Shown piece after piece: positions 21,060-31,271 of a stretch of DNA of 64,000 bases. The notes under the pieces were generated by a model, which did not search any database, had not been told where the DNA came from, and worked only from the letters and a program-made list of their open reading frames with translations. Every line of letters starts with the position of its first letter. Position 1 is the stretch's first letter. The position numbers were made by a program, and so were the translations under genes. The DNA lies in the sequence record DRR723986_1372. The stretch is one strand, 5' to 3'.

Positions 21060-21869
21060 TCAACTGCATTGGCTCAAGGCCTTTGGTGCATTCAATGCCT
21101 GAAGTACGGTATTGGATTCATTGTTTTCAACAACAACACCCAGCCCCACTTTATTTTGGTTCCAGTCGGCGGGTAGTGTGTGCCTGAATACCAGTGTCCT
21201 CGACGTGGGTGATACTTTCCTCGCATCACTCAGGTGCCGCACAACCCGGTCGTGTTTCAACAGCTCCCCCCGATTTTCTCCGGCCTTCACTTGCTGGCTT
21301 AAACCGTCTTCGTAGAAGGCCACGTATACGCGTCCACCGGAATAACGCTCATCAAGCCATTCGGTTTTTACCTGAACTTCGACCAGATTGGCAGCCTTTC
21401 GTTCAAGCGAAACTTGCAGGCCCACGGGGGCTTTGTCTTGATGCATCGCGGACAATCTCTGAGGAATAAGCCCAGCCTGGCCCCACCGCCGAACTTCCCG
21501 GTTCGAGAATACATACTGCGGTGTGTAAATTTGACTTACGTTTCCAGCCCGTTTGTGGGCGTATTGCCGATCGGTGAATTGCTTTTTGGAGTAGGGGTCT
21601 TCCCAGCCAATGTAATTCCAGTAATCCACATGAAATGAAAGCGCCAGAATACTGCTTGATCGCTCCGGTGTAGTGAGTTGGCTGCTTAACCATCGGTCTG
21701 CAGGCGGACAGCTGCTACAGCCTTCTGAGGTGTAAAGCTCGGCGACAATCATTCGCTCAGCAGGGCTTGTCCAATTGCAGTTAACTTGCTGGCCCAAAGC
21801 TGGCGCAGAGCCAAGGCCTAGTAGAGCCAAGCCACTGGTTCCTGCCATGTACTTCAAGCAATTTGTCAT
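21060..21869 (-). CDS. DUF1223 thioredoxin-like secreted protein
   Basis: ELYTSEGCSSCPPAD, FHVDYWNYIGWED, YTPQ, GENRG..L.HD.VVR. Confidence 0.88.
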   Translation of the reverse strand: MTNCLKYMAGTSGLALLGLGSAPALGQQVNCNWTSPAERMIVAELYTSEGCSSCPPADRWLSSQLTTPERSSSILALSFHVDYWNYIGWEDPYSKKQFTDRQYAHKRAGNVSQIYTPQYVFSNREVRRWGQAGLIPQRLSAMHQDKAPVGLQVSLERKAANLVEVQVKTEWLDERYSGGRVYVAFYEDGLSQQVKAGENRGELLKHDRVVRHLSDARKVSPTSRTLVFRHTLPADWNQNKVGLGVVVENNESNTVLQALNAPKALSQCS

Positions 21870-21906
21870 ACAACCCTCCGCCTGCTGCGTTCTGTTCAGG
21901 AGGGTA

Positions 21907-21933
21907 TTCGCCGGATTTCACCGAAAGGTTACA
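21907..21933 (-). promoter_or_regulatory. ECF sigma (SigF/ECF16-type) promoter
   Basis: Minus strand TGTAACC-N16-CGAA upstream of DUF1223-msrB-msrA. Confidence 0.65.
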
Positions 21934-22091
21934 TCGCGACTCCTAGCAAATTCTGCGATTGTTAACAACTGTGGCATGTCCTGTGTCTACTCGGTGTAAG
22001 TGACCCATGGGTAATTTACTTACCCTGTTAGAGTTAACCAGCCTCGACAAACCAAGTGTTGAGGCGAGTTTCATAAAAACAGGAGAATGGG

Positions 22092-23138
22092 ATGAAATTA
22101 AAAGCCTTGCTTGCGTCAGCTCTGCTGACCACTACATTTGCCGTACACGCTCAAGACAAACCCGTGGTGCAGTTCATTGCTACGGGAGGCACCATTGCCA
22201 TGAAAATTGATCCAGTGAAAAACGCACCCGTGCCGGCCATTTCAGGCGAAGACTTGTTGGCCACCGTGCCGGATGTGGGCAAGTACGCCAACATTCAGGT
22301 CAAGAGTTTGTCGAACGTGCCGTCCGATTACATGGATCCCCCACGTTGGATGCAATTGACCAAAGAGGTAAATGCGGCGCTGGCCCGTCCTGAAGTGGCC
22401 GGTGTCATTGTCTCTCATGGCACCGACACACTGGAAGAAACCGCGTTTTGGCTGGACCTCACGGTTCGTTCGGAAAAGCCAGTGGTGTTGATCGGCGCAC
22501 AGCGCAATGCGTCGTCTTCTGATTTTGACGGTCCTCGCAACCTGCTGAATGCGGTGCGTATCGCCGTGGATGCACAGTCCAAAAACAAGGGTGTAATGCT
22601 GGCCATGAACAACCAGATCAATGCTGCGCGTTACGTGACCAAAACCCACACGCAGAACGTCGAGACTTTCCAAAGTGGTGCATTTGGTTTGATTGGTGAG
22701 GTCTATCCAGACCGCGTCATGTACGCAACCACACCCTTGCGTCGCCAAACATTCCAGTTGGTAGATGGTCCCATGCCTGAAGTGGAAATTGTCGCCATGT
22801 ATGGCGGTGCCACAGGCGCTGCTTTGCGCAATGCGGTTGATCGCGGTGTAAAGGGCATTGTGGTTCAGGCGCTGGGCATGGGCAATATGAATGTGCCCAT
22901 GTTTGAAGCCGTTCAATATGCCTTGTCGAAGAATGTACCCGTGGTGATCTCTACCCGAGTTCATCAAGGGCGCGTAATGGCGAACTACGGTTTTGTGGGC
23001 GGTGGTAAAACCACGTTTGATGCCGGCGCTGTGATGGCGGACGACCTATCACCCCAGAAAGCCCGAATTTTGCTGATGCTGGCCATGCAGTCGGGGATCA
23101 ACAAAAAGGCTGACTTGCAGCCCTTGTTTGACCGATAA
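22092..23138 (+). CDS. Periplasmic (type II) L-asparaginase/glutaminase
   Basis: Signal peptide; ATGGTIA, HGTDTLEET, KARILL. Confidence 0.92.
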   Translation: MKLKALLASALLTTTFAVHAQDKPVVQFIATGGTIAMKIDPVKNAPVPAISGEDLLATVPDVGKYANIQVKSLSNVPSDYMDPPRWMQLTKEVNAALARPEVAGVIVSHGTDTLEETAFWLDLTVRSEKPVVLIGAQRNASSSDFDGPRNLLNAVRIAVDAQSKNKGVMLAMNNQINAARYVTKTHTQNVETFQSGAFGLIGEVYPDRVMYATTPLRRQTFQLVDGPMPEVEIVAMYGGATGAALRNAVDRGVKGIVVQALGMGNMNVPMFEAVQYALSKNVPVVISTRVHQGRVMANYGFVGGGKTTFDAGAVMADDLSPQKARILLMLAMQSGINKKADLQPLFDR

Positions 23139-23153
23139 GTTGTACCAATCCGT

Positions 23154-23852
23154 TCAGGCGATGTGAGCCACTGGAAATGTCATCTGAAACTGGGTGATTT
23201 CCAGTGCTGTGACCACATCGCCAATGTCCATATCAGGAAAGGCATTGCCCAGGTTTTGCAACACATGCACGTTTGCAAACCGGGCTTTGCCCTTCGCACT
23301 TGGGCTATATAAAAATTCCTGGCCTTGCCATCGTTGACCCAGGGTTTTCATGAAACCGGGCACCAAACCTGTGTTGATTGGAAAGGAAAAGCCTTTGCCC
23401 CGATAAGCGAGGTCAAACTGGGGTGTGCCATCCTGATGCAGGCTGATTTCCTGCAGGTTCTCCGGTCCCTGTGCAACATCGAAGTTACACAGGTTTTTTG
23501 GGATTCCCCAATTGACTCGACCATTTTTCACGCTGCTTGCACTGCTCACCACAATGTTGCTGATGGTCAGCAGGCGTTTACTGCCGAGTTTTTGGCTAAA
23601 TTGCGCAGTGCCCGGAATGTAAAGCAGCTCCTTGTAAGGGCCTGCATTGGAGTGCGTGTAGTCTACATACATCAGCACGCTGACTGGGCTTTTTAAGGTG
23701 TCGCGAATGTCCAGTGGAATGCGGGTGTCAGCCATCAGCTTTTCAGCTTTGCTGCGCATCACCACAATCAGGCCTTTTCCGGTGAGTGTCCAGGGTGCAG
23801 GCACTTCCTCAACGCCTGCAAACTCGTCAATGGTTGAGTCAATTGAAGTCAA
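23154..23852 (-). CDS. Acetoacetate decarboxylase family protein
   Basis: PAPW.L.G, DY..S.AGPY.EL, GRVNWGIPK. Confidence 0.75.
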   Translation of the reverse strand: MTSIDSTIDEFAGVEEVPAPWTLTGKGLIVVMRSKAEKLMADTRIPLDIRDTLKSPVSVLMYVDYTHSNAGPYKELLYIPGTAQFSQKLGSKRLLTISNIVVSSASSVKNGRVNWGIPKNLCNFDVAQGPENLQEISLHQDGTPQFDLAYRGKGFSFPINTGLVPGFMKTLGQRWQGQEFLYSPSAKGKARFANVHVLQNLGNAFPDMDIGDVVTALEITQFQMTFPVAHIA

Positions 23853-23855
23853 TTT

Positions 23856-24224
23856 TCAGCCCATCTTGAAAATATTCATCTTGTGCCCGTCAGGTGTGCG
23901 GAAGTAAGCGGCATAAAAGCCGGGCATGCGTTCGCCGGGTGCACCTTCGCAGGTACAGCCCAGTGTTTTTGCATGTTCATAAAATGCGTCAACCTGGGCA
24001 CGGTCCTTGGCTGTCAGTGCCACCATGGTGCCATTGCCGACGGTGGCCGCCTGGCCGTTGGCAGGCTTTAGCAATCCAATAAATGGACTTGCCATGCTGG
24101 TGCCCCAAAAAATGCCATGCGGCAACTCCAGAATGCGTTTGGCCCCCAGGGGTGCAAACAGCTTGTCAAAATATTCTCCGCTTTTGGGCAGGTCGTTGGT
24201 GCCCAAGGTAATGTATCCGATCAT
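23856..24224 (-). CDS. VOC/glyoxalase family protein
   Basis: MIGYITLGTNDL, VGNGTMVAL, EGAPGER, YAAYFR.PDG; RBS GGAG. Confidence 0.88.
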   Translation of the reverse strand: MIGYITLGTNDLPKSGEYFDKLFAPLGAKRILELPHGIFWGTSMASPFIGLLKPANGQAATVGNGTMVALTAKDRAQVDAFYEHAKTLGCTCEGAPGERMPGFYAAYFRTPDGHKMNIFKMG

Positions 24225-24249
24225 CGTACTTCTCCGTGGATTTTCAGGT

Positions 24250-25998
24250 TCAGGTTCTGGCAGGCAAAAATTGCCCGAAGCCCATTTCTTTTCCGAGCTC
24301 GGGCGCAACGGCCTCGTTCTCGACTGCTATCTTGCCATTAATCAGGACGTGTTTTACGACACCCGGGTTTCGGTTCACCAAACGTTGCAGGCCGAAATTT
24401 TCCATGTCGCCCCAGGTCACCTGTTCAAGGTTCTGGTTCAAGGCCTCAGGATTCAAAACCACCAAATCGGCTCGGTCACCCACCCGAATTTTTCCAGCCT
24501 CAATTCCCAGCCAATCAGCTTGCTCACCGGTCAAACGCCACACTGCATGTTCCATGCTCATGATGGGTTTGCCTTCCTCAATGGTTTCTTTCACCAGTTT
24601 GAGGAAACGCAGGGGCAGGTTGTAAAAGGCCATGTTGCGAATGTGGGCGCCGGCGTCACTGAAGGTGATCAAGGTGTGTTTGTCTTGCACCAGTTCGCGG
24701 ATCACTTCACGCTTGTGGTTGCCCACTGTGGTGTACCAGCGCAACTGGCGACCAAACTGAACCACCAAGTCGAGGAACAAATCGACCACATGCACTTTGC
24801 GGGCGCGGGCCACCTCATCAAAGTTTTTGCCGACCAGGTTTGCATCCGGGCATTCCAGAATAATCGCATCACCGAAATCACGCTGCCACACACGCGGACT
24901 TAACTTTTGTCCGTAAAACTTGCGGAACTGGCGGCGGTAATCCTCGTTTTGCAGCAAACTGTTGCGCTCTACCTGGGTGCGCAGGTCAAGTGCCATTTCC
25001 CCGGCACCAAATTCTTCAAAAAACACCACATCAATGCCATCGGCGTATACGGTGAAAGGGGTGGGCAATAGTTGCCAACGGAAGGCCCCGCCAAGCCAGT
25101 TCACCACGCGACTTGAAATTTGTGCCATGGGACGAACGGTTTTGTTGCCTTTTAAATCGATGAGCGCAATCAGCGTGGTTTTCAGGGGTTTGCGTATCCA
25201 GCCCAGGGTTTCAATCAAGTATTCAAAAATTTGCAGCGGGTTGGCTGCATTGGGCGCACCTTGATGCACGCGGCGGTATTTGCGCAAAATTTTATTCAGG
25301 CGACGGAGCTCACTCCAGCGGGCATAGGTGCTGGGCAGGCTTTTCGACCAGGCGCGATCACCGTCAATTTTGTCCCACTTCAGGCACATGGTTGAAAGAC
25401 CCAAAAACCCGGCTTCCATGGCCTCAGTCAGCGTGGCTTCCATTTGCTGCATTTGCGCTTCAGTGGGTTTGATTTTGCGGTCAGTCGAATCCAACAAACC
25501 CATGATGCCCACACGCAAATCGCTGTGGCCCAAAAATGAGATCAGGTTAGGGCCAAGGGGCTGCTTTTGCACAAACTCAACCCATTGACGTGGGGTGCTC
25601 CATGTCTTTTTTTCTTGAAGAATGGGCAAGACCTTTTCACGCGGCACGGTTTCCACACGTGTGAAAATGTCGGATGCATCCTCGGCTTCGCTGCATATCA
25701 TGCTGAGCGAACAGCTACCCACCAGCACGGTGGTGACCCCATGTCGAACCGATTCGGACAGGCTTGGTGCGACGATCATTTCGGCGTCGTAGTGGGTGTG
25801 GGTGTCTAAAAAGCCGGGAGTTATCCAGTGGCCATAGGCGTCAATCACTCTCGGCGTGCCTTGATATTGCAAAGGCGTTTCACTGACTGCGGCAATGCGT
25901 CCGTCCTTGATTCCAATGTGGCGAAGGGCCGATGGGCCCCCGGTGCCATCGAAATAGCGTCCACCTGTGATGACTACGTCGAATGTCGAGGCTGTCAT
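24250..25998 (-). CDS. N-acyl-D-amino-acid deacylase family amidohydrolase
   Basis: DGTG, PGFLDTHTHYD, HGVTTV, SDAGAH, GDRADLVV; alternative TTG start at 26010. Confidence 0.85.
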   Translation of the reverse strand: MTASTFDVVITGGRYFDGTGGPSALRHIGIKDGRIAAVSETPLQYQGTPRVIDAYGHWITPGFLDTHTHYDAEMIVAPSLSESVRHGVTTVLVGSCSLSMICSEAEDASDIFTRVETVPREKVLPILQEKKTWSTPRQWVEFVQKQPLGPNLISFLGHSDLRVGIMGLLDSTDRKIKPTEAQMQQMEATLTEAMEAGFLGLSTMCLKWDKIDGDRAWSKSLPSTYARWSELRRLNKILRKYRRVHQGAPNAANPLQIFEYLIETLGWIRKPLKTTLIALIDLKGNKTVRPMAQISSRVVNWLGGAFRWQLLPTPFTVYADGIDVVFFEEFGAGEMALDLRTQVERNSLLQNEDYRRQFRKFYGQKLSPRVWQRDFGDAIILECPDANLVGKNFDEVARARKVHVVDLFLDLVVQFGRQLRWYTTVGNHKREVIRELVQDKHTLITFSDAGAHIRNMAFYNLPLRFLKLVKETIEEGKPIMSMEHAVWRLTGEQADWLGIEAGKIRVGDRADLVVLNPEALNQNLEQVTWGDMENFGLQRLVNRNPGVVKHVLINGKIAVENEAVAPELGKEMGFGQFLPART

Positions 25999-26062
25999 GT
26001 TTGTCTCCAATTCTCATTTTTTTCAAATGTAACAAGAAATCTTGTCGAATTGGAAAAAACTT

Positions 26063-27130
26063 TTAGCGCTGGCTGTAAATCACTTCTTTGCTGCCCGCTG
26101 GCAAGCTGATGAAATCGCCGTCTTCGCCAATACGAAAGGGCCCCTTGAACACATCGGGTGCCTTGCCCAGAAATATCTCGCGCAATGGAGCCAAGGGCAA
26201 TGGGGGCACAATGTGGCTCAGCACCACATGGCCCACCTCGGCTTCTTGAGCCAATACAGCCACATCCAGTGGGGTGGCGTGGTAGTTGGGAATATCCGAG
26301 AAGATTTTGGCCAGTTTGCTCCGGTTGTTGTTGATCGCGGTTTCCTGGAGGCGAGCCACCAATTCCGGACTCAGGGCTTCATGCACCAGCAGATCGGCAT
26401 TGCGGGCTGCGTCTTTCACCTGCACGTCACTGGTGGTGTCGCCGCTCAGAACGACGGTTCGGCCTTTGTAATTTATTCGATAACCCACTGCCGGGTTGAT
26501 GGGCTGATGATTCACGGCAAATGCTTCGATCAGCAAATCAGGCTGTTGTACCACGGTGGTGTAACTACCTTTTTGCACAGCAAACTGGTTCACATACGCA
26601 CCTGCCAGCTCTGGCGGCATGGTCGCAACGCCGTGGTGTGCTGTTCGGTAACCCGTGTCTTGCCGGTATGCAGTCTCAAACCCATTCATGACTTCTGCAA
26701 TTCCGCTGGGGCCATGCACTGTCAGTTTTTGCCCCTGGGTGTGTTGTGCCCAGCGCGTCATCAGTACTTCCCCCAGACCATCGATGTGATCCGAATGAAA
26801 ATGCGTAATAAACACGCCCTTGAGTTGACCTGTGGAGAAACCCATCGTCGCAATTTGTTTGGCGGCTGCACTGCCGGCATCGAATAAGAACATGTCCTTG
26901 CCTGCAATCACCAAGGTGCAGGGGGCAGCACGATCCGGGTCGGGGAAGGGTGAGCCTGTGCCGCACAAGCCAACATGCAAGCCGTCATCGAGCCCGTTCA
27001 TTGGGTTTTGCATTCGTTCGCTGGCCACTTTTTCGACCATGGCCAGGGTAATTTCATGACGCTGAATGTAAGCCACTGTGCCACCAGCGAGGATCAAAGC
27101 GACAGCAGCAATCAAGAGTTTTTTGCGCAT
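26063..27130 (-). CDS. Membrane-anchored MBL-fold hydrolase (RNase Z/AtsA-like)
   Basis: GTGSP, DAG, THFHSDH, SGDT, ADLLVHEA, YH; N-terminal TM. Confidence 0.85.
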   Translation of the reverse strand: MRKKLLIAAVALILAGGTVAYIQRHEITLAMVEKVASERMQNPMNGLDDGLHVGLCGTGSPFPDPDRAAPCTLVIAGKDMFLFDAGSAAAKQIATMGFSTGQLKGVFITHFHSDHIDGLGEVLMTRWAQHTQGQKLTVHGPSGIAEVMNGFETAYRQDTGYRTAHHGVATMPPELAGAYVNQFAVQKGSYTTVVQQPDLLIEAFAVNHQPINPAVGYRINYKGRTVVLSGDTTSDVQVKDAARNADLLVHEALSPELVARLQETAINNNRSKLAKIFSDIPNYHATPLDVAVLAQEAEVGHVVLSHIVPPLPLAPLREIFLGKAPDVFKGPFRIGEDGDFISLPAGSKEVIYSQR

Positions 27131-27142
27131 GGTTTTTCCTTG

Positions 27143-29467
27143 TTATGGCTTGCGACTCTCAACCCAAATCGGAGAGCTCCAGGCACGTTCCTGTTGGGTG
27201 ATGAACCGGAAGTCTCCGCGGAAATTGCCTGGCCCACCTTCAATGCGGCAACAACCTTCATACCCGGCAAAACCACTTTGTGCCGAAAACAAACCGTTGC
27301 CGGGTTGCAGCGCCTCGCATTGCACACCTTTGGCTGTGCACATTTTGGTGGTCCAGCGGCATGAGTTGTTTTCAAGTGCCCGAGCGTAGTAGCTGGCGCC
27401 TGTGCTTGCGTTGTACTGGGTGTCATGGAACACCGCACACATTTGTTCGGGGCCCTGTTGCTGAATGCTGCAATCTGAGTTGGGCTGTGGCGCTTTGGTA
27501 TTCTCAGCGAGTGTTAATACCCGTTGCTTCAAATCACCGCTTGAATCAGCCCAAGTCTTGATCAGTTCGAGCCGCTGCAGAGGTACACCGGCTTCCTCAC
27601 CGCCTGGGTCTTGAATGGCGTAGGCCACAATGTAAGGGCCGCCGTTTTTGACTTCCAGCGTGCCGCCCATGGGTACGCCTTGTACCAAACCTTCCTCGAT
27701 TGGACTGACACCAGCTGCTAATTGTTCGCAGATATTGCCGGGGAAAGGCTTGCTCGAAGCCAGTGTGCGTATTCGCATACGCGAGCCCGAGGTGGCGAAT
27801 GTTTCTCTGCGTTTGAGCGCTGCAAAAATTTCCTTGCGTGTGTTTTCTCGCGCCCAAACACCTGCCAGCCCGCCAGGGGTGAAGTTCGAAGCCACAGGGT
27901 TGAATACGCGCTCTTCACAGTTGTTCGGGTCTGCGGCCGATTCGGTGCTGAATGGCAGTTTGAACCCGGTGATGGAGTCGGTAGGAAGGGGCCGTTGTTT
28001 GCACTCCCAGTTGCCCAAGGCTTCATGGGGTTCATCGTCCAGCACACCGCCATGGCCCGAGTTTTTCGAAAATTTGGTTTTGTCGGTGTTGCCTGCGATG
28101 CCGTTGTGCGTATCGCTTGAGCCAATAAAACCATATTGATAAGGGTTCACCCCCAGCTTGCGTGCAATCGCACTGCCTTCCGGCAACACGTTACGGGCGT
28201 AATCCAGTGGGGCTGTACAATCGGCGGGCGTTGATCCACCGATGTCGCTGCCTGTGCATTGGCTCGCTGCGTGAATGCTCTTTCCTGTACCTTGCAGGCG
28301 GTTTACCTGGCAAAACAGCGGGTCATTGGGGCTGCCTTTGCACACTGTGGCGCATTCTGCAGGGTCGTCTGCATTGCCTTTGCACAGGGTTTTCCACTCT
28401 TCAAATCCGCAACCCGATTCTTCGCCTCCAGTCAGTCCCTGGTTAAACCCGGTGATGCATTCGCTGGCACCCTTGTGCTGAACAATTTCGAACAAACGGT
28501 CGAGGGTGTTTCGCAGGGTCGCATCCGCCGCGGTCAAGGTCATGTTGTTGCGCGCCAAGGGCAGGCCTGTGTCTGCCTGACGCGGACGTGCAAATCGACC
28601 GTCGCTTTGGTTGGTGCTGTGAGGAATCGTGACCACATCGCAGCCTTCCACATCCAGGCACTCCGTTTTCAGTCGATCGAACAGATTCCACTCGTCGTTG
28701 GTGTTGTCGGTGGTGGGAATGGGCGGGATGGAGCTGATTACATCGCTGGGCACCGTGGTGCCCTCGAAAATTACGTTTCGATGCAACACCTGACCGCCCT
28801 TGTTGGAGGAGAACTCATAGCCGTTGAAGGTCGTGAATTTGCAAGGTTGGTTTTCCGCGTTGGCCACAGCCTGTATTTCTTCCCAGGTTCGGGTGCTGGG
28901 CACCCGGCTACCTGCACTGGTCACCAGTTGCAGGTACAAAGGCACATTTCCGGTGATGAAGACAGAGACGTTGTCACGAATCACCTGGCCTAGCACGCTG
29001 CAGGCGGGGTTGGTACCTGCCGGAACGTTCCCCTGCAGTTCGCAGATATTGGAAAAGGTACCCAGTTGTTCGGCATGTTCGGTTACCGCAGCGAAATCAA
29101 GTGGCCGACCAATGTTGATTTGTCGCATGGGTGTATCCGGATCCTCCCCGGACGGCAGAAAGGCGTTTTCACCTTTGGCGAATTGGTATGCCTCTCGTGG
29201 ACCATTGATTGAATTGAAAAAATAAGCGTCAAACGACAGTTTGGTGTGAATGTGTAAATCACCGAAGAAGGCCTGCTTACGCACACTGCTGCCAAGGCAT
29301 TCCACATCGTCCGGACGTTCTGCCGGGGCTACTGTAGTGGGAGCAGTGGTTTGTGCCACTGTGTTGTCATTTGAATTCAGACAGCCTGACAAGCTGAGTG
29401 CGAGAAGGGCGGGCATCAACAAGTGCGCTGGCAATAATTTGCGCACAACTGTGCAATATTCATACAT
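27143..29467 (-). CDS. DUF3604 domain lipoprotein (PHP-like metallohydrolase)
   Basis: Lipobox LSGC; FGDLHIHT..S.DA, PLDFAAVTEHAE, LHRNVIF, IPH, EIVQHKGASEC, SSDTHN, GGL.GVWA.ENTR, QERAWSSPIW; start uncertain. Confidence 0.85.
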   Translation of the reverse strand: MYEYCTVVRKLLPAHLLMPALLALSLSGCLNSNDNTVAQTTAPTTVAPAERPDDVECLGSSVRKQAFFGDLHIHTKLSFDAYFFNSINGPREAYQFAKGENAFLPSGEDPDTPMRQINIGRPLDFAAVTEHAEQLGTFSNICELQGNVPAGTNPACSVLGQVIRDNVSVFITGNVPLYLQLVTSAGSRVPSTRTWEEIQAVANAENQPCKFTTFNGYEFSSNKGGQVLHRNVIFEGTTVPSDVISSIPPIPTTDNTNDEWNLFDRLKTECLDVEGCDVVTIPHSTNQSDGRFARPRQADTGLPLARNNMTLTAADATLRNTLDRLFEIVQHKGASECITGFNQGLTGGEESGCGFEEWKTLCKGNADDPAECATVCKGSPNDPLFCQVNRLQGTGKSIHAASQCTGSDIGGSTPADCTAPLDYARNVLPEGSAIARKLGVNPYQYGFIGSSDTHNGIAGNTDKTKFSKNSGHGGVLDDEPHEALGNWECKQRPLPTDSITGFKLPFSTESAADPNNCEERVFNPVASNFTPGGLAGVWARENTRKEIFAALKRRETFATSGSRMRIRTLASSKPFPGNICEQLAAGVSPIEEGLVQGVPMGGTLEVKNGGPYIVAYAIQDPGGEEAGVPLQRLELIKTWADSSGDLKQRVLTLAENTKAPQPNSDCSIQQQGPEQMCAVFHDTQYNASTGASYYARALENNSCRWTTKMCTAKGVQCEALQPGNGLFSAQSGFAGYEGCCRIEGGPGNFRGDFRFITQQERAWSSPIWVESRKP

Positions 29468-30464
29468 AGCTGTGAATCCTTTCAATCGTCCAGTACAGGG
29501 CTGCGCCGCCGATGCACAGGGTCAGGGAGTATTGGGCCAAGCGCGTGTAATTGGGTAGATGAGTTTTCTCAAGCAATGTGAAAGCGGTCGCAAGCACCGT
29601 GACAATCCACAACTGACCAATTTCAATGCCCAAGTTGAAAAGCAGCAAGGTGCTCAGCAGTGCATCTTGTGGAAACCCGCGTTCTTCCATGGACAGGGCG
29701 AAACCCGAGCCGTGCAACAAACCAAAAGCCGCAATCAACAGCAGGTGAGACCAATTCGATGATCGTGCTGGCTCGGAACGCACCAGTTCCCAGGCAAGCC
29801 ACAACACGCTCAATGCAATCCAGGCCTCAATCGCGCGGGTGGGTACTGCAATCCATCCCAACACCAGCATCGCCAGGGTCAGGCTGTGTCCTACAGTAAA
29901 CAGCGTGAATTGCCCTATCAATTGCCTCACGCTCTGCTTTCGTTTTTTCCACAACAGGTAAAGCCCGGTCACAAAAAGGACGTGGTCCAGCCCAAACACA
30001 ATGTGTTCAATCCCGACACTCAAGTACTCCAGAGGCGGAGTTTTCTGAGTATTGTTGCCCAATGCGACACTGTCCTGTTTTGGTGTGAGCACCGCATGGA
30101 TTCTGTCGCCTTGCTGAGGGGTGGCAAGTACAATCAGGTCGGGTGCGAGTCGGGTAAATCCATTTGCCAGAATTTCATGCTCGGCAAGTGATTTGCTGCA
30201 GAAAAAATTGCCTCGCTGGATCAGTTCGGTATTGCCTTCCCACTCTGTACTGACGTCACGCAATTCACAGGCCGGTTCAAACTTGAAATCAATTGGTGGG
30301 ATCTTGTCGTCCGATCCCACTGTGCGTTTGAAAATAAATTGACCTGTACTTGGGGTGCCTTCATGCACAATCAATGCAGAAGTACCCATCTCATGTGCGT
30401 GGCCATTTTCCCCTGAACCCAGTAAACCGATGCAGAGCGACCATGCAAAAAAAAGCCTGTTCAT
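29460..30464 (-). CDS. HupE/UreJ family protein with extra N-terminal periplasmic domain
   Basis: GIEHI..GLDHVLF, FTVGHSLTL, FGLLHGSGFA, FNLGIEIGQL; signal ending AHA-HE. Confidence 0.88.
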   Translation of the reverse strand: MNRLFFAWSLCIGLLGSGENGHAHEMGTSALIVHEGTPSTGQFIFKRTVGSDDKIPPIDFKFEPACELRDVSTEWEGNTELIQRGNFFCSKSLAEHEILANGFTRLAPDLIVLATPQQGDRIHAVLTPKQDSVALGNNTQKTPPLEYLSVGIEHIVFGLDHVLFVTGLYLLWKKRKQSVRQLIGQFTLFTVGHSLTLAMLVLGWIAVPTRAIEAWIALSVLWLAWELVRSEPARSSNWSHLLLIAAFGLLHGSGFALSMEERGFPQDALLSTLLLFNLGIEIGQLWIVTVLATAFTLLEKTHLPNYTRLAQYSLTLCIGGAALYWTIERIHSYV

Positions 30465-31264
30465 GGAGCTTCCTTGATGGTGTAGGTGGCCCGCAGTGCC
30501 GCCAAACCGGCTTCATTCACAGCCTCCCGTTGCGCTGCGATCAGGTCAGACCGAAGCTGAGTACCCGCTTCTTCAAGCGTCATGGTACGTCCCGCTTTTT
30601 TTTCATTCACCTTGAAAAGGTGGACCCCAAGTGGCGATTGCACAGGTTGTGACCACTCGCCAAGGGGTAAGTCGAAAATGGCGTTGCTGGTCGCCAACCC
30701 AAATTCTTTGGTGATCCGTTCCCGGCTCAGTAACCCGGAACCTGTTAGCAGGGGAAAGGGGTCAGAGATGATTTGCTGGCCCGCAAGCAACTCGTTCCGA
30801 GCAAGGCCAGCCTGATAGATCGCTTCGTCACCTCGCTTGCCGCGGCTAAAAAAATGGTGATCAAGCAGGATGGTTTGTTCAGTTTGATAGCGTTGTGCGT
30901 TTTGATCCAGCCAGGTTTGAAGCTGCGCCTGCGTGGGCGGCGCAATCGGAGTCATGTCCTCCAGCAGGAAGCGCATTTTCTGCACCACGCGTCGCTTCAC
31001 AATCAAGTCGTCTTTTTCCAGGCCCAGCTTCACACCTTCCCGATACAGAATTTCTTCATCAATGTAGGTGGCCATGGCTTGTTCGTAGCTTGCAGTACCC
31101 ATGGCCTGAGCGCCGCTTTGCAGGACCTGCTCGCGTACGAAAGCACGCTGTGCCTCGGTCACCACCAGTTCATTGCTGGCTGCCTGTTCATCGCTGCGCC
31201 ATTCCAAAACGCCGATCAAAATGGCCACTGCGATGAATCCCAGGACGGAATAGGAGGGTTTCAT
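30461..31264 (-). CDS. Membrane-anchored PpiC/parvulin-like peptidyl-prolyl isomerase domain protein
   Basis: EEILYREG..LGL..DD.IV.RR..QKMRFL; GEWSQPVQSPLGVHL. Confidence 0.8.
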   Translation of the reverse strand: MKPSYSVLGFIAVAILIGVLEWRSDEQAASNELVVTEAQRAFVREQVLQSGAQAMGTASYEQAMATYIDEEILYREGVKLGLEKDDLIVKRRVVQKMRFLLEDMTPIAPPTQAQLQTWLDQNAQRYQTEQTILLDHHFFSRGKRGDEAIYQAGLARNELLAGQQIISDPFPLLTGSGLLSRERITKEFGLATSNAIFDLPLGEWSQPVQSPLGVHLFKVNEKKAGRTMTLEEAGTQLRSDLIAAQREAVNEAGLAALRATYTIKEAP

Positions 31265-31271
31265 TGTTTGT

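Noticed and set aside
24007-26887. Long antisense ORFs (24007-24903, 26042-26887; likewise 37996-38826 and others)
   Set aside because: Shadow frames opposite well-supported genes, with no motifs
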